A DNA stretch of 63,984 nucleotides, the filler included, from Lenisia limosa (Eukaryota; Protista; Breviatea), in the NCBI GenBank assembly GCA_001655205.1. It is 16 parts of 16 records of this genome, joined end to end, with 100 filler letters (N's around TTAATTAATTAA, not from the genome) between each part and the next. Parts side by side here need not be neighbours in the genome. Positions count along the whole stretch, not along the records: positions 9,516 to 14,422 come from LPNZ01011135.1; positions 14,523 to 18,593 come from LPNZ01008877.1; positions 18,694 to 24,692 come from LPNZ01000824.1; positions 24,793 to 26,445 come from LPNZ01004217.1; 12 more parts are not named here. One strand, given 5' to 3'. Shown here in pieces: positions 10,880-24,974 of the stretch. Made by a program: the position numbers and the translations under genes. The notes under the pieces were generated by a model. That model did not search any database. It was not told where the DNA came from and saw only the letters and a list, made by a program, of their open reading frames with translations. Numbering within the stretch: the stretch's first letter is position 1; every line of letters begins with the position of its first letter.

Positions 10880-13800
10880 AATTATGCCGAAATACCTGGG
10901 GAAGGCGCCCTGGGAGGTGGAGTGGCCGGGGTGGGCGGAGGGGGGAAGACAGGTTGGGCGACAAGAATGCCTAAAAAGAAAAGTAAAATAATGTAATTTA
11001 GCTATGATATTATACACACACATATAGTATATATCATATGTGTAATCCAATTTTTTATCACCTATTTGTTTTACTAGATTGTATTCAGTGCAGTAAGCCT
11101 GATATCATATACAATCGTGTTGTCAAAAAAAAATAAATAACGTCGGCAATTCTCAAACCTTGCAAGACAAATCGAGCAATCAAGTCCCGAAACGACCCAT
11201 CGGGAATACGCGCGCCGAGAACAAACATAGGGCGGTGGGAGTGTTTCAAGGCCTGGCCCGAGTTGAAAGTCACCAACCACTGGCCTAGATATGGTGAATG
11301 AAACAATGGCCGAAGCCGAAGCCGTCCACATTATCACACTTATAAGAGATATTGGATTATGCTTATATATAAGAGATTTTGCATTGTAGTATCTGGCCAA
11401 GAAATGAGAAGTGAGAATAACATTCCAACAAACCAGCGGAGAGGCTAAGAACAATTTTCTCTCTTGCAGCCTGAATGTCACTGACACCTCTGACTTGAGG
11501 CTAAGGGGTAAGATTGGGGGGGGGGNNNNNNNNNNNNNNNNNNNNNNNNNNNNNNNNNNNNNNNNNNNNNNNNNNNNNNNNNNNNNNNNNNNNNNAATAT
11601 AGGTATGCTGGGGAGGCACCAAGAAGGCTGTGTGCACAGAGTTTTAACGCAAATGATTGGGTGAATTAATATTATACTACAATTCAATGTCTATTATAAG
11701 CGTGATACAACCTTGTTTTTTATTTTTCATGTAACTAAATCCTATAAACCCAGACTCACAATAGATGAAAGAGCCTTGATATCCATGTCATATATTATTT
11801 GATATTGATAGTATATCAATAGGGCTTCACTTCGGTTCGACAAAGACTGAATTCCTCGACAAATCTTCGAAAACTATCGATATTTCCCCGGTGTTCGAAC
11901 AATATTGCGAGAAATAATAAAAAAAAGAGAATGTGATCACATATAGATATACACAATACAAAGTAAATCATACCATGTCTATTCATTTCGGTTACTGGTT
12001 CAAAAGAGACGCACTATATATCAAATATAGATCTATTTCATTGTAAAAAAAAACCCAAGCTGACAATAGATGGAAGAGGCGGCGGCGGCGGGGGAGCGTA
12101 TAGTTCTGACACGTCCTCGAAATCGGCCAAGCCGGCCTGGGGGGGGGGNNNNNNNNNNNNNNNNNNNNNNNNNNNNNNNNNNNNNNNNNNNNNNNNNNNN
12201 NNNNNNNNNNNNNNNNNNNNNNNNNNNNNNNNNNNNNNNNNNNNNNNNNNNNNNNNNNNNNNNNNNNNNNNNNTTTCGTACGTGTTGGAGATAGGGCTTC
12301 ACTTCGGTTCGAAAGAGACTGATAAATATAGATATTTATCGAGGATTTATCGAGAAATTCAGTCTTTTTTTGAACCGAAGTAAGTTGGAGAGGACCCTCC
12401 CCACCTGCAATAGGGCCAGGGCTGATCCTTCCACGCCATGTGATCCTGAGGCATCTGAACTGACTGGTGCTGCCAATCGTATTGAGGCCAGTTCAGCTGT
12501 GGAGAGTGCCTGGCCTAGGACCGGCGGCATGCCTAAGGAAATGAAGGGCTTGACCAAAGGTAAGGTATTGCAACAGAAAGAACGGCTTCGCAGTTTTGCA
12601 GTGAAATGAGAAGGTGTTCAAGGTTTATGATGACTATAAAAGCCAGGTCACAAAGTTAAGGGAAATTAGGTACAAACGTTGTGTGATGGTATAGGAGNNN
12701 NNNNNNNNNNNNNNNNNNNNNNNNNNNNNNNNNNNNNNNNNNNNNNNNNNNNNNNNNGGAAGTATGGTAATTTGTTTATGGTATCCCTCTGTATCTAGAT
12801 TTTTAAGGAATATTATTAACTGTGTTCAAATATATAGCAATGAGAAATAAAAAATAAGGTTGTATCTGGCCGAAGCCTTCCACACCATCATGCTTTAAGA
12901 GATATTGGAATAGTAATTCACCCAATCATTTGCCTTACAACTTTGTACACAGCTTTCTGCGTGCCCCCTCTCTGATACAAATCAACAAATTACCCTGCAC
13001 ACCTAGGCCTGTATTGGGCAGGGACACAAGTGAACTGGTTCGCGTGCTCTCGAAGGACACTACCGCCTGCGTGGTTAGTTTATGGGGGTAAAAATGGTAA
13101 ATTTATGAAACAAGAAATAACCCAAAATAAAAGTGGAAAATGAAACAAAAAAGCCAAAATCAACTCTGTTGGCTGATAACACACGATGTTTGAGAACAAC
13201 AAAACAAACAAAGCCCAGGCAGTCGNNNNNNNNNNNNNNNNNNNNNNNNNNNNNNNNNNNNNNNNNNNNNNNNNNNNNNNNNNNNNNNNNNNNNNNNNNN
13301 NNNNNNNNNNNNNNNNNNNNNNNNNNNNNNNNNNNNNNNNNNNNNNNNNNNNNNNNNNNNNNNNNNNNNNNNNNNNNNNNNNNNNNNNNNNNNNNNNNNG
13401 CAATAAATGTCTTGCAACAATTCACAGAGTCGGAGATCAGAGATGATGTGCACCACACATTTACCATTTTCATGCACACGGAACACCCACCCCACAAGAA
13501 ATAGGGCTTCACTTCGGTTCGAAAAATACCAGTAAAATATCGATAATTTTCGAGGATTTATNNNNNNNNNNNNNNNNNNNNNNNNNNNNNNNNNNNNNNN
13601 NNNNNNNNNNNNNNNNNNNNNNNNNNNNNNNNNNNNNNNNNNNNNNNNNNNNNNNNNNNNNNNNNNNNNNNNNNNNNNNNNNNNNNNNNNNNNNNNNNNN
13701 NNNNNNNNNNNNNNNNNNNNNNNNNNNNNNNNNNNNNNNNNNNNNNNNNNNNGCTCTTGCCGGACAAATGCAAATCGCTTGCCGTACTGAACATACTCGG

Positions 13801-14180
13801 AGCTCTAAGACTGTCCACGGTTTTAGCTGTCCCCGGCCGGGTTTGTCGAGATTCGCCCGGAATTCTTGCGTGGAGCGTGGAGGGAGTGCGCGCAATGCTC
13901 TCCTCGAAATCACCGTCAAAGGAGACGGTGGATCTCGGGGAGTCCTCGTCGGGTGCCCGGGGGGATCGGGGACCTGGGGGAGTAAAATGGGAAATTTTAT
14001 GAAACAAAAAGTCCCAAAATCAACTCTGTTGGCTAACACACGAGCGCTGAGAACAACAAAACAAAGCCAGGGCCAGTCGCTTCTGCTCCGCATCCCGAGG
14101 GGTTAGGCTTCCACGAACCTGGGAGAAACGTCGTTGTTTGTGGTATCTTCAGACCGGAGGGGGTAACCTGCTACAGTGAA
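10880..14180 (-). CDS. Multi-exon gene, unidentified Ser/Pro-rich protein
   Basis: Phase-compatible exons GPRSPRAPDEDSPRSTVSFDG..., AVVSFESTRTSSLVSLPNTGL-GMPPVLGQALSTAELASIRL..., AGLADFEDVSELYAPP..., PQVRGVSDIQAAREKIVLSLSA-GQWLVTFNSG. Confidence 0.55.
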
Positions 14181-14663
14181 ATATGGAATTCAGGAAAAAA
14201 TACCAGGAAAAATTTGTATTACACCCCCACCCCCCAATCGCATATGAAACAACTCCCACCAATAACCAGCCCCACCTGCTGTTTCGCCGTGGGAAGTCTC
14301 GGACGCGGAACAAAGAAGGCCTCCACAATGGAGCTACGAAGGGGGCATGGTCTGTGGGGAGATGGGATAAAAAGAAAGGAAAAGAGAGGGTGAATGAAAT
14401 GGAGGGGGCGGGGGGGGGGGGGNNNNNNNNNNNNNNNNNNNNNNNNNNNNNNNNNNNNNNNNNNNNTTAATTAATTAANNNNNNNNNNNNNNNNNNNNNN
14501 NNNNNNNNNNNNNNNNNNNNNNGCCTGGGTTTTGTGTGTTTGTTATTATCAACCATTGTGTGTTGTCAGCCAACAGAGTTGATTCTGGGCTTTTTTGTTT
14601 CATAAATTATCCAATTCTACTCGCCCTCCCCCTCAAATGTATCCCCACCCACTAATCCGGCAG

Positions 14664-17600
14664 AGACGGTGAGGCCGAGCGTTTCAAGGAGTTTGCCGAC
14701 GACAAGAACCGCCAACTCCTTTGGCATGGGTCCAGGCTCCAGAACTTCGTGGGTGTTGGCGTTTTATCATATATTTTTTCTCCCACTCTTAGTTTATCTT
14801 ATATCTTGGGCTTCCCTGCAGCTGAAGGAAAGACTTGGTCTTAAAAAAACTTGTTTTTGGACCGCAGGGCAGTTACTTATTTCTTATCTCCAACTTTTAG
14901 TGTTTTTTCTCCTTTGTTATTTAATTCCCACCATTTGTGCAAGTAATATGTCTTGCATGCCAAATGAGTATCATATGAATTTGATATGAATAATCAACAT
15001 ATTTCCATAGGATATAATTCTGCTGCTCCTATTTTTTCCATTAATGTTTTATCTTGTTACTTATTTCCCACTGTGTAGTGTTTTATTTATTTCTTATTTC
15101 CCACCATAGTGCGGTATCTTGTCTCAAGGTCTTCGCATCGCACCGCCCGAAGCCCCCTCAACTGGCTATATGTGAGCTGGTTGAGTTGATTATCATAAGT
15201 TTGGGTGAATTAATTTGAGATTTTGGATAATAGTTTATGATATAGCAATGAGAAATAAAAAAAACAAGGATGTATCTGGCCGAAGACGTCCACACCATCA
15301 CGTTTATAAGAGATATTGGATTATAGTATAACATTAATACACCCAATCATTTGCCTTACAACTCTGTGCACACAGCTTTCTTGTATGTGAGCTGGTTGAT
15401 TTAAATTTTTATCTTAAAAGTTTCAATATTATTAAACGGAGATTTATTATCCCACAGGTTCGGAAAGGGTATTTACCTTGCCAACGCTTCCTCAAAAAGT
15501 GTCAACTACTGGTATGGGGGGGGGGGGGGACNNNNNNNNNNGAACTAAATCCTCCAGAATCCAAACTCAACATTTATTCAAAGCAAAATCTGCTCTTTTC
15601 TTGGCAAGTTCCTGGCTGAACTCGCTTTTAACATTGTATTTATACACAAACTATACAGCATACATCCGTGTCAGAACTTATTTCGGTTAATGTATAATAT
15701 AACATGTATAATATTATATAGCTACACATATATAGATATATATAATGTATAATATGATATGATATGACATTTTTTATAATTTCCTCATATTCTTCTCGAC
15801 TTGTTCCAAACCCAAATCAACTTAACGCTCCAGCCGTGCATCTAAGGGCGAACCGGCCCTCCTCTTCCTCTGCGAATCCGCCCTCGGCGACCACTACAAG
15901 CCCCCTTCTTCCGAGTTTGTCACCAAGGTGAGTACACCCTTTTGGAACTATTCAGCATTTAAACCGAGATTGGAAAGGTCCGGAGAGGTAGCGATATACC
16001 AGGTTCTTGAAGCAGAAAAAAATTGCCGCCAGTGAAATACATTCAGTAGACGTGGGAAGAAGAAAGAGAGGGACTTCAAAAGAAGGCAAGGGACAGCATA
16101 GTAACTCTTTTATGCTCTACTGACATTTTAACTAGTTTAAATTTTTAGTATTGAAGTATATTGGATTAAACTTAAGGGTGATCGCATTAAAAGANNNNNN
16201 NNNNACTGCACTTTTAATCGAATATCACAAACATAAAGAAAGCAAAGGACTGAGTAGGAACTGTGACACGTCATAGTTTACCATTCCAATCTCGGTTTAG
16301 CACATGTTGGTACACGTTGGACAAGTCAATACCTCAAATATATCTTATCAAATGTGAAGACACTATTTTTGGAACTAAGTAATCCTTAACTATTATGTGG
16401 GTGGGGCTTCACTTCGGTTCAAAAAACTGATTATCTCGAGAAACCCCCAAAAACTATCGATATTTTCCCAGTATTTATTTGAACCGAAGTGTGAAGCCCT
16501 ATTTTAGGTGAACTATTTGGAATGTCAAGACATTATATAGGAAGAGTGGGTTCTGTCTTTCTTTAACGTTGGCTTTGCTGTTCTCAACCCTCGTGTGTGC
16601 TTCTCAGCCAGCAGAGTTGATTTTGGGCTCTTTTTGTTTTTTTTTAAACGTTCCCATTCCGCCCCCCAAGGTTCTCATCCATCCTTATCCCCCCCCCCCT
16701 CCCAATCCTCTTTCCTGCGTGAAATACAATTANNNNNNNNNNNNNNNNNNNNNNNNNNNNNNNNNNNNNNNNNNNNNNNNNNNNNNNNNNNNNNNNNNNN
16801 NNNNNAGTGTATAGAACCGTTTTCCTTTTTAAATAGCGTTCATCAATCTCCCCAGCTCCCCGCAGGAAAACTCTCAACCTGGGGTCGCGGCCGCAGTGTT
16901 CCCGACAAAAAGGGCTACCAGAAATTGTGGGTTAGTGATACCACTCCATTCATATTACGGCTTTTTTATTTTGTTTGTTTCTTAATCCAATTTTACCCAC
17001 CCTCCCCAACCACTTCCAACGATAATGGTACGTCACGACAGCTCATATCCACCTGTATGATAATTGACCGACAAGTCTCAATGATACTCGTGTTATCTTC
17101 GTTCATCATTTCGACTGGAAAGTCGGTAATATGATCATATCACAAATAAGGCTACATTTTTATAATAACACCGCAGGGATGACGGTACTGTCGTTCCAAT
17201 GGGCAAGCTAGTCGACTCGAAAGATTCCATCTGCCTGCAATACGATGAGTTCATCGTTTACAACGTGAACCAGGTGGGGGGGGGGGCGGTTGNNNNNNNN
17301 NNNNNNNNNNNNNNNNNNNNNNNNNNNNNNNNNNNNNNNNNNNNNNNNNNNNNNNNNNNNTAATGGTTAGGGCTATATTTCCGGGTACCCGGATCCGGAT
17401 TCGGATCCGACTCATCAAAAAAAAGTCGAGGATCCGGATCCGGTTTTAGGATCCGATCGGATTCTGAAGGGTCCAAAAAAGGATCAGACAAACGATCCGT
17501 TCAGATTCGAAAGTAGATCCGTGTTTGTTTTTTTTTTGTTAATAAAAAGAGTTTTAAACAATATTCAAAGATTGTTAGTGATTCTAATTCATAATAAACA

Positions 17601-17969
17601 TATTTTTGAAATACCAATAATGAACCATGGTAAAAATAATCAAATTAAATATGCATTCTATGTAAAATATTAATAATGCTAACTGGATCCAAATCCGGTG
17701 AATCCCATGATCCGTACGGATCCTAGAATATGGCCTTAATAGTGGTGTGTTATTATAGTTCTGATAAGGTTAAGGTCATTTCATCTGAATGACATAATAC
17801 TATGCATATGTACATCATATTAAAATATGAAAGGAGTCACAAAGTACACACTTTACACTGAAATTGATGATTAGACAGCTATCATGACAGTTTTTCATAA
17901 GTTTCGAACATGCCTTTTTTTACGGTTTAGGTCCGCCTTCGCTACCTCATCCAAACTGAAATTGTTTAA
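14664..17969 (+). CDS. PARP: Poly(ADP-ribose) polymerase, PARP1/2-like catalytic domain (3' part, 7 exons seen)
   Basis: [99 protein letters not shown]...LQYDEFIVYNVNQ-VRLRYLIQTEIV*; H-Y-E catalytic residues present. Confidence 0.93.
17058..17130. repeat. Repeat family E (also ~56865-56958 reverse, 57904-57975)
   Basis: GATAATTGACCGACAAGTCTCAA...CGTGTTATCTTCGTTCATCAT shared by three loci. Confidence 0.75.
17368..17738. mobile_element. hAT-type MITE with subterminal GGATCC(G) arrays, in the last PARP intron
   Basis: Ends TAGGGCTATATT / AATATGGCCTTA; flanks TAATGGT vs ATAGTGGT (near 8-bp TSD); many GGATCCG motifs. Confidence 0.8.
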
Positions 17970-19239
17970 TTCTCCACACTTGTCAACTATTAATATTTTT
18001 GCTTTCTCAAGTGGCGGATGTAACATGACCATATTGCATTATGGGGTTGAAAGAGAGTGTGTGTGGATGATGTTTGAGAAGGGTGAATGATATAGCCGCT
18101 CTGAACCACCAGAGGTTTATTGCTGCTTTGCCGTCAGGGCGAATCCTAGGAGTACTCAAACAGACCTCAGATTGTAAGGATACTTTAGCTTTTTGACCAA
18201 ATGTGCATTCAGAATGATTTGGAAACCTGCTAACAGGGAGCGAAATTTTAGGACTGAGCAAATAAGAAACACCGAGCACTCTCATTATTTTCAACCAAAC
18301 GATATTAGGGCTCAAAAATTTTGAAAGTAGCAAAGCCTCTCTTGAAACTAGGCTCAAGATCTGGCGCTTCAGATACTCATAAACAGAGTCTGCCAACTGC
18401 GCGATCACCGTTTCTTATATTCTTGAAGTAGTTTGTCGTTGAGAGTTAGAATATGGAGGGATACTGAGGGAAAAAAATCACATAATAATAAATTTCAACA
18501 GCTAAAAACAAGGTTATCTGACATAGAAATCTGCAGACACGCCGGCGTGAATAACGCATCCTTCAGCGGTCCACCCAGCGAAGCCATACGAAGNNNNNNN
18601 NNNNNNNNNNNNNNNNNNNNNNNNNNNNNNNNNNNNNTTAATTAATTAANNNNNNNNNNNNNNNNNNNNNNNNNNNNNNNNNNNNNNNNNNNNAGAGTAA
18701 AACTGGAAAATTTGTTATTGAAAGATCCCAGCTAGTCGGAGTTTTTCCCAAACGGGTCTTTATCGATCAAAAGAAGCTCTCCTTACTATACCCACCCCGT
18801 GCGCTGCCGGAAGGGCCTTGGCCACGATAATCATTTTGCGCTCCCAAAACCGCAGGAAAACGTCCCTGCTCGATTTCATCGTCATCCCATCTGTGGAAAG
18901 GGAGGTGAAGAAGAGGAAGTGGTGTCAATGTGTAGAAATGACAAAAATAGCATCTGGGGTATTAATGACAAGAAACAGGAAAATCAACTCGATTGGTTTG
19001 GCAATGTAATAAACACATAAGTGAGAAGTGATTTAAAATTTGGCCCACGGGGGTATATCAGTTGGGTCGTTTTCTTCAAATCTGGAAAATAAGTCACAAC
19101 TAAATGATTGACGATCCTGAAAAGTTTTTTATGATAATAATGAAGGCCCAATTCCCTCCATTCGTGCCACATGATTGGGTTAAACAAAAGTCCCGCAGCC
19201 CTTTTACCTTTTCGGTCCACTTTGCCGTTAGTGGAGAAG

Positions 19240-21240
19240 CCGAAACACCCCAGAAGAAGGCCCTGGTAGATAGTCGGATCACTGCAGTCTGAGGGGTGAG
19301 GCGAACCATCAACACATAGGATATCTCAAAATGAGAATAGTATCGGTGTATTGAAGAAAGCTGAGGCCTTACAATTAATCTAAGATGTAAAATTTACTAG
19401 AATAGAAAAATATAATATCATAAGTAGAAATATATATACATTATCACGATATCATTCTATTCTAATAATATGATATATAGAAAACAGTACTATCATCAAA
19501 GTCGTCTTGTGGCCCACCCAGCTTGATGATGGACTCGAACAGTGTCATAACCGTCAACGTGGGCATGACAATGGACAAACCAAAGTTGCGATGACCAGTC
19601 TCTGTCACAAAGGCTGACTGCGCTCTTCGAAGCGACGCTGCCAACAAGCGGTGCAAGAGGTTGGATCGGCTCTCCAATGATATCAGGGCTGCGAGGGGAG
19701 GTGAGAATAATGGGTTAAGAATTGTGATCCCAATTTAAGAGGAGGCTTCCATTATGAGAGTGGCAACCTCCTACAACGGTATATCTTAGAGAGAGTCAAC
19801 GTGATGTTTTGTTTCATCTTGAAGGGGCTGAAAGGTTCAGAACCAAGTGACAGGGTCATAGCAGATGAAATGATGTGGAAGCGCACTCAAAATGACCGTA
19901 TCAAAGTCTTGGTTGATAACAAAAGACTATCAAAGCCTTAGCTCATTATGATAACAAAAGAGTTATTAAAACCTCAACAATATTAACCCGGAATAATTCC
20001 CAGCAAAACAAACTCCTTCGTACCCAAAAACACATCCGATCAAACAGCCCAAAACAGCCTTCTCAGTGAACGGCGTCAAGTCGGAAATTGCGTCATCACC
20101 TAGTGGTCAAAAGGATGCCGGACAATTAAATTTGTGTTATTTTGCTCTCCCTAAATAATCGACAGTTTTAAAAAAACAAAAAGGGGCACAAATGTATTTA
20201 TTTATTGGAGAGATCAACACGGAAAGTTGTTTTTCAGGAAGTAGCACATGAAAGTACACATAGTATACTTATATAATATGTAGTAATATATTTCATCGCA
20301 GAAAATAGAAAATGTCACAATTCTAAACTTAATTCTGATCAAATATTCCGTGAAACCTCACACGTCCCACATACTAACGAGGCGACCAGGTGAAGTAAGC
20401 CCAGTGGACGGATCAAAGAAATCCCTATGGAAGTCCTCAAGGAATATCTGTGGTTGTGTTAACAAAGACAAGCACATGAGTGTTGGCTTATAGTACTCTG
20501 GTAGTAACAAGAAACTGAACATCTCAATAAATCCTCTCAAAGTCTTCTTGTGTAACATGGAAAAGAATCAGAAAAATCGGTCAAGATTCAATGTCAGCAG
20601 ATATCTGGGGAGATATGCAGTGTCCAGTGTAGTCTAAAGCCCACCTTTCTGATGCCGACGGAAGCAAGACGATTGCGTATGTACGTCCTCGAATAATCCG
20701 AGCAGAAGAAATCATCCCTTAAGGGGGTGAGTAAAGATAAAAAATTGATTTGGTGGGTGGTCAGAAGGAAAACCACACAGCAGATTTATCTTCGACTTCA
20801 TGAGCAAACATTTCTATCCCAACACCCCCTGCTGGGTAAGTGTGAAAACAATACATGAATATGATGTCACATGAAAGAGTTTTGAAGGCCCCCTAACACA
20901 AGAGGGGCAAAGTCGGCTTCATGACAAATGTCCTCCAGGGTAGCAACCGACGTGGCCAAATAGTACATATACTCGAGAACTGCATTCATTGATCGGTTGA
21001 GAGAAACGAAATGCACCTCTACAATGGGTGTCAAACTAACTTCAAGGACATACTTTATGACATACTCTGTAAAAAAAATATTACTGAATCTTTTGACAGA
21101 AAATCCAACCTCTAAAGATAGAGAGCTCAGTCATAGCCCCCCCCCCCTCAACTCTTTCTTGAAAATGGTTTAGCAAAGGTTTCCTCAACGAATTGAGCGG
21201 TGTAATCAGTCAGCGTACTCTGATGGAGAGGGTCAGTAAC
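19240..21240 (-). CDS. Probable multi-exon gene(s), unidentified (MNAVLEYMYYLATSVATLEDICHEADF, DDFFCSDYSRTYIRNRLASVGIRK, PDIIGEPIQPLAPLVGSVASK...)
   Basis: Protein-like exons bounded by AG/GT; no family recognised. Confidence 0.35.
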
Positions 21241-24200
21241 GACAATGAAACGGAAACTTATGCTCCCTTTTCACACACTATCTGCCCAGCCTACCGCAAT
21301 CGAATTAGGGATGCTTGTGGGCTCAATAAACTGCAAATGGCCATTTGAATCAATGTCAAAGACTCCTGGAGAGTAAAAAGGTAGATGGTGGTGGTTGTGA
21401 GGGAAAGTGGTGTTATAGCTATATTACCTTGGGAGAAAATCTATTTCCATTCAACAAAGCTACCTTTGTATTCATTCAACAAACTACCACCCACCAGAGT
21501 CCAACATGTACGACAGATTGTCTAACTGTGTGTAACATGTTGGGTCACTAAGCCGTTAGATCTCGCCGAAAGGCCACATTGAGGAATAATAAAACCCAAA
21601 AGGTTTGCCCTACTCACAAGTTTGTACCGTACTTCTCCATATACAAGGCCAATTTGTGAGGGTTTCTAACAGTATATCTCCTGTAAAATGTCAAGGGGTA
21701 GAATAACAGTGTATCTCCTGTAAAGCGTCAAGGGTGGAATAACAATCATAAAACAGTTGAATATCAGATGTGATAATTTCAAAATATGGGCAGAAAATAA
21801 ATACAATGCACACTGCAATACCCGAACACACCGAATCTCAGTTCGTTTAGGGTTGGGCATTCCTCCCACCCAGCCCCAAAACTCCCCCTTGGTGTGAATA
21901 CCCTAATAGGTCAATACCACTGTTCAATCAGAGTATGCAATTAAGCGAACTTGTGATCACTTCGCTATGATACTATTTTGACAAAGAGGACCGCCCATAA
22001 TAAAAGTTAAACAAATGAGAGGAAAGGATTTGTCATGATCTGTTCCCATGGTTCCCATGGGTAGCAAGACTATGGTTACCATGGGCAAGTGATAAACTAT
22101 GGTTACCATGGCAACTGATAGACTAAAAAAAATATCACGTATTCTATCAATAAACAATTCAGCCTCTTACAAAACCACCACTTCCGCAACAAACTTTGGA
22201 TCTGTGGGCTACTAAAAGTGTAAAATCACGCCAAAACTGTAAAATGGGGAAAGACTTTGAAATACTTGTATTTTAGGATCAGGCATTGAGAGCCTCAAAA
22301 TGAGAAAAATTGTCAAATTAAAGTTATCCTCGAATGAATAAACCTTAATCAACACATTTACGAATCATGTAACATTTAGAGATGAGAAATAAATATCGGT
22401 AGTGTCTGGCAACAACCTCATTCACGTTATATTTCCCTCTTGCCTTTGGAGAGATCCATGACAGTACCAAACTAAAAGATTAATGATATAATGGGGGGCT
22501 TCCATTCTCCTGGAAGTATAATAGAAAAACGATATTAAACTATAATGGGAACAAAGTAGAACAGAATTTGGAATAGTATGCCACAATATTCCAATATGTG
22601 ATGACTTCTGCGTAGAAAATGAGATTATTGCTTCAAGAGCATCCCCCCACAGTGGTATTGGAGGGCATCATCATTATGTCACCTTGGGCCCCTTCGTGTC
22701 CTCTGGAAGGGTTAATATCCTTTGGGGGAGGGGATGAAAAGTTGACAAGTGGACAAGTAGCCTCCGGTGTTATCACATTGTAAAGGATTTTAATCGATCA
22801 CGTAACCACAACAATGAAAGATGTCTCACTGAACATCATCATATCATGAGTTTGGAAGCACAACTCGCATACACTGTTTTCTATGTCCCTTCCTCTTGGC
22901 TGTATTGTTTGTATTGTAAAGAAACAAGCAGCCCTCTTAAAACCCCCAAACTTGATCTTCATTTGAGAAAGGGGGCTTTGTTGATCCCATATTCTCATGC
23001 CTTCGGGCCATTTTGCAGGGCTCATCTGAACGTTATTGTTTGAGAGGACAAGAGATTTTGAATAAGAAGCCAGGAGGAAAAGGGGGAAAAGCATGTCTAT
23101 TGCCCCATATGATATGAACAAGTTATCCATCTTGAGTTTATTGGTTTCATTATGCTGTCGTGCAATTATGACAAAGTGGTCTCTGAGTGGGATGTAAACT
23201 GATTCTCAACGCGTATGTTGAAGACATAAAAAGTGAGAGGACATCATAGCAATGGCATTCTCTTTTATTGCACAGTCAGCTGCTTCCCTCTTACTTACCT
23301 TAAGATGGTTTGTTGACTGAGGAAAGAAGAGATGTTGGACACACAGCTACCTAGCGAGATGCAACAAACGTTTCCCAAGGATGGAAGGATTGGAGGGGGG
23401 GGGGGGNNNNNNNNNNNNNNNNNNNNNNNNNNNNNNNNNNNNNNNNNNNNNNNNNNNNNNNNNNNNNNNNNNNNNNNNNNNNNNNNNNNNNNNNNNNNNN
23501 NNNNNNNNNNNNNNNNNNNNNNNNNNNNNNNNNNNNNNNNNNNNNNNNNNNNNNNNNNNNNNNNNNNNNNNNNNNNNNNNNNNNNNNNNNNNNNNNNNNN
23601 NNNNNNNNNNNNNNNNNNNNNNNNNNNNNNNNNNNNNNNNNNNNNNNNNNNNNNNNNNNNNNNNNNNNNNNNNNNNNNNNNNNNTGGGCCAACTCTTTCC
23701 GCTTTTAATCTTTTGATGATTCCAGACCCCCATGTTATGTAACACTCCTTCAGCTCTACTTACCCCTTCCTTTCAACCCCTTTGCTACCATGCAATGTGT
23801 TCTGTTGTTCCCTCCGTTATCAGGCAATGGGATGCTCCTATCCATACACTTGCATATCATATACGTGAAACAGCCCCCCCCCCCAGTCTTCAAAACACTA
23901 ACCACAGTCTTGCCCTTGCTAATAGAAAAACAACCCATTTCCATCACCTCATTGTTGTTGCTATGCAGAGAATCATCGCAACCAATTGAAGATAGGTTGA
24001 TAGGTTCTATCAAGGCCAAAATACCATAAATAACATCATGTGGACTTCTTCTTCTTTCTCCTTCTTCTCTTCTTCTTCTCCTCTCCGCCAACAGTTTCGC
24101 CCTAAAGAGTTGGAGAGCAGCTGATTTACAGCATGAATATGTTTTATGACATAATGTAATGATAGGATGGAGATAGAATTTCATAATACAGAGCTGGCAT

Positions 24201-24974
24201 GATTACAACTAGGGCTTCACTTCGGTTCAAAAAAAAGACTAAATTTCTCAATAAATATCTTATTTTATCTGTCATTTTCGAACCGAAGTGAAGCCCTAGT
24301 TAAACATGATTGCATATTGGGGATCCCTACAGGGAGCTCTTCATTAGCCTGCTCGCTTCCGGATCGTCTCTCGTCAACAGGCTCTTCCTGAGGGGTGATA
24401 TGGAATGTGGCGGTGGCACGAGGACAACGTATGTGAATTTTACCTTAATAAAAATAGAGGGGGGTGGTAAGAAAAACAGCACCAAGAGAACAAACAAACC
24501 ATGGGTCCAAAACCCTCCAAAATCCTTACGTTATGTGCTCGGAGCAGCCCGTCTGCAGGTGGGAGCTCTTCAAAACGACCCGAATTGGCAAAGCGATCCT
24601 AAAGATCAGAATGGGCTTTTACGAATTATGGTCACACGATACTTTCCGGATGATTGCGTATTATCATGGAGTTATGTGATGATATTACTAAANNNNNNNN
24701 NNNNNNNNNNNNNNNNNNNNNNNNNNNNNNNNNNNNTTAATTAATTAANNNNNNNNNNNNNNNNNNNNNNNNNNNNNNNNNNNNNNNNNNNNGGGGGGGG
24801 GGGGTACCCGCATACATCATACATATATATCATTTGATATAATATCAATCTGTATCATATTTCACCTTTTTGTGTTTGTTTCTTCCTTAAGTCTGACTTT
24901 CTGGGCAATTCAAACTCATTCTGACTCTCATTTTTTATTCTTCCTCAAGATCTGACTTTCTAGGGTACAATCCA

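Noticed and set aside
10880-10915. Plus-strand MPKYLGKAPWE resembling Slu7
   Set aside because: The surrounding phase-compatible exons and family A orientation place the gene on the minus strand; the match is too short
17990-18590. 133-aa minus-strand ORF as a possible transposase remnant
   Set aside because: No recognisable catalytic motif or TIRs
22500-23350. AT-rich stretch with Cys/His-containing ORFs, possibly a decayed TE
   Set aside because: No coherent domain or splice pattern could be supported
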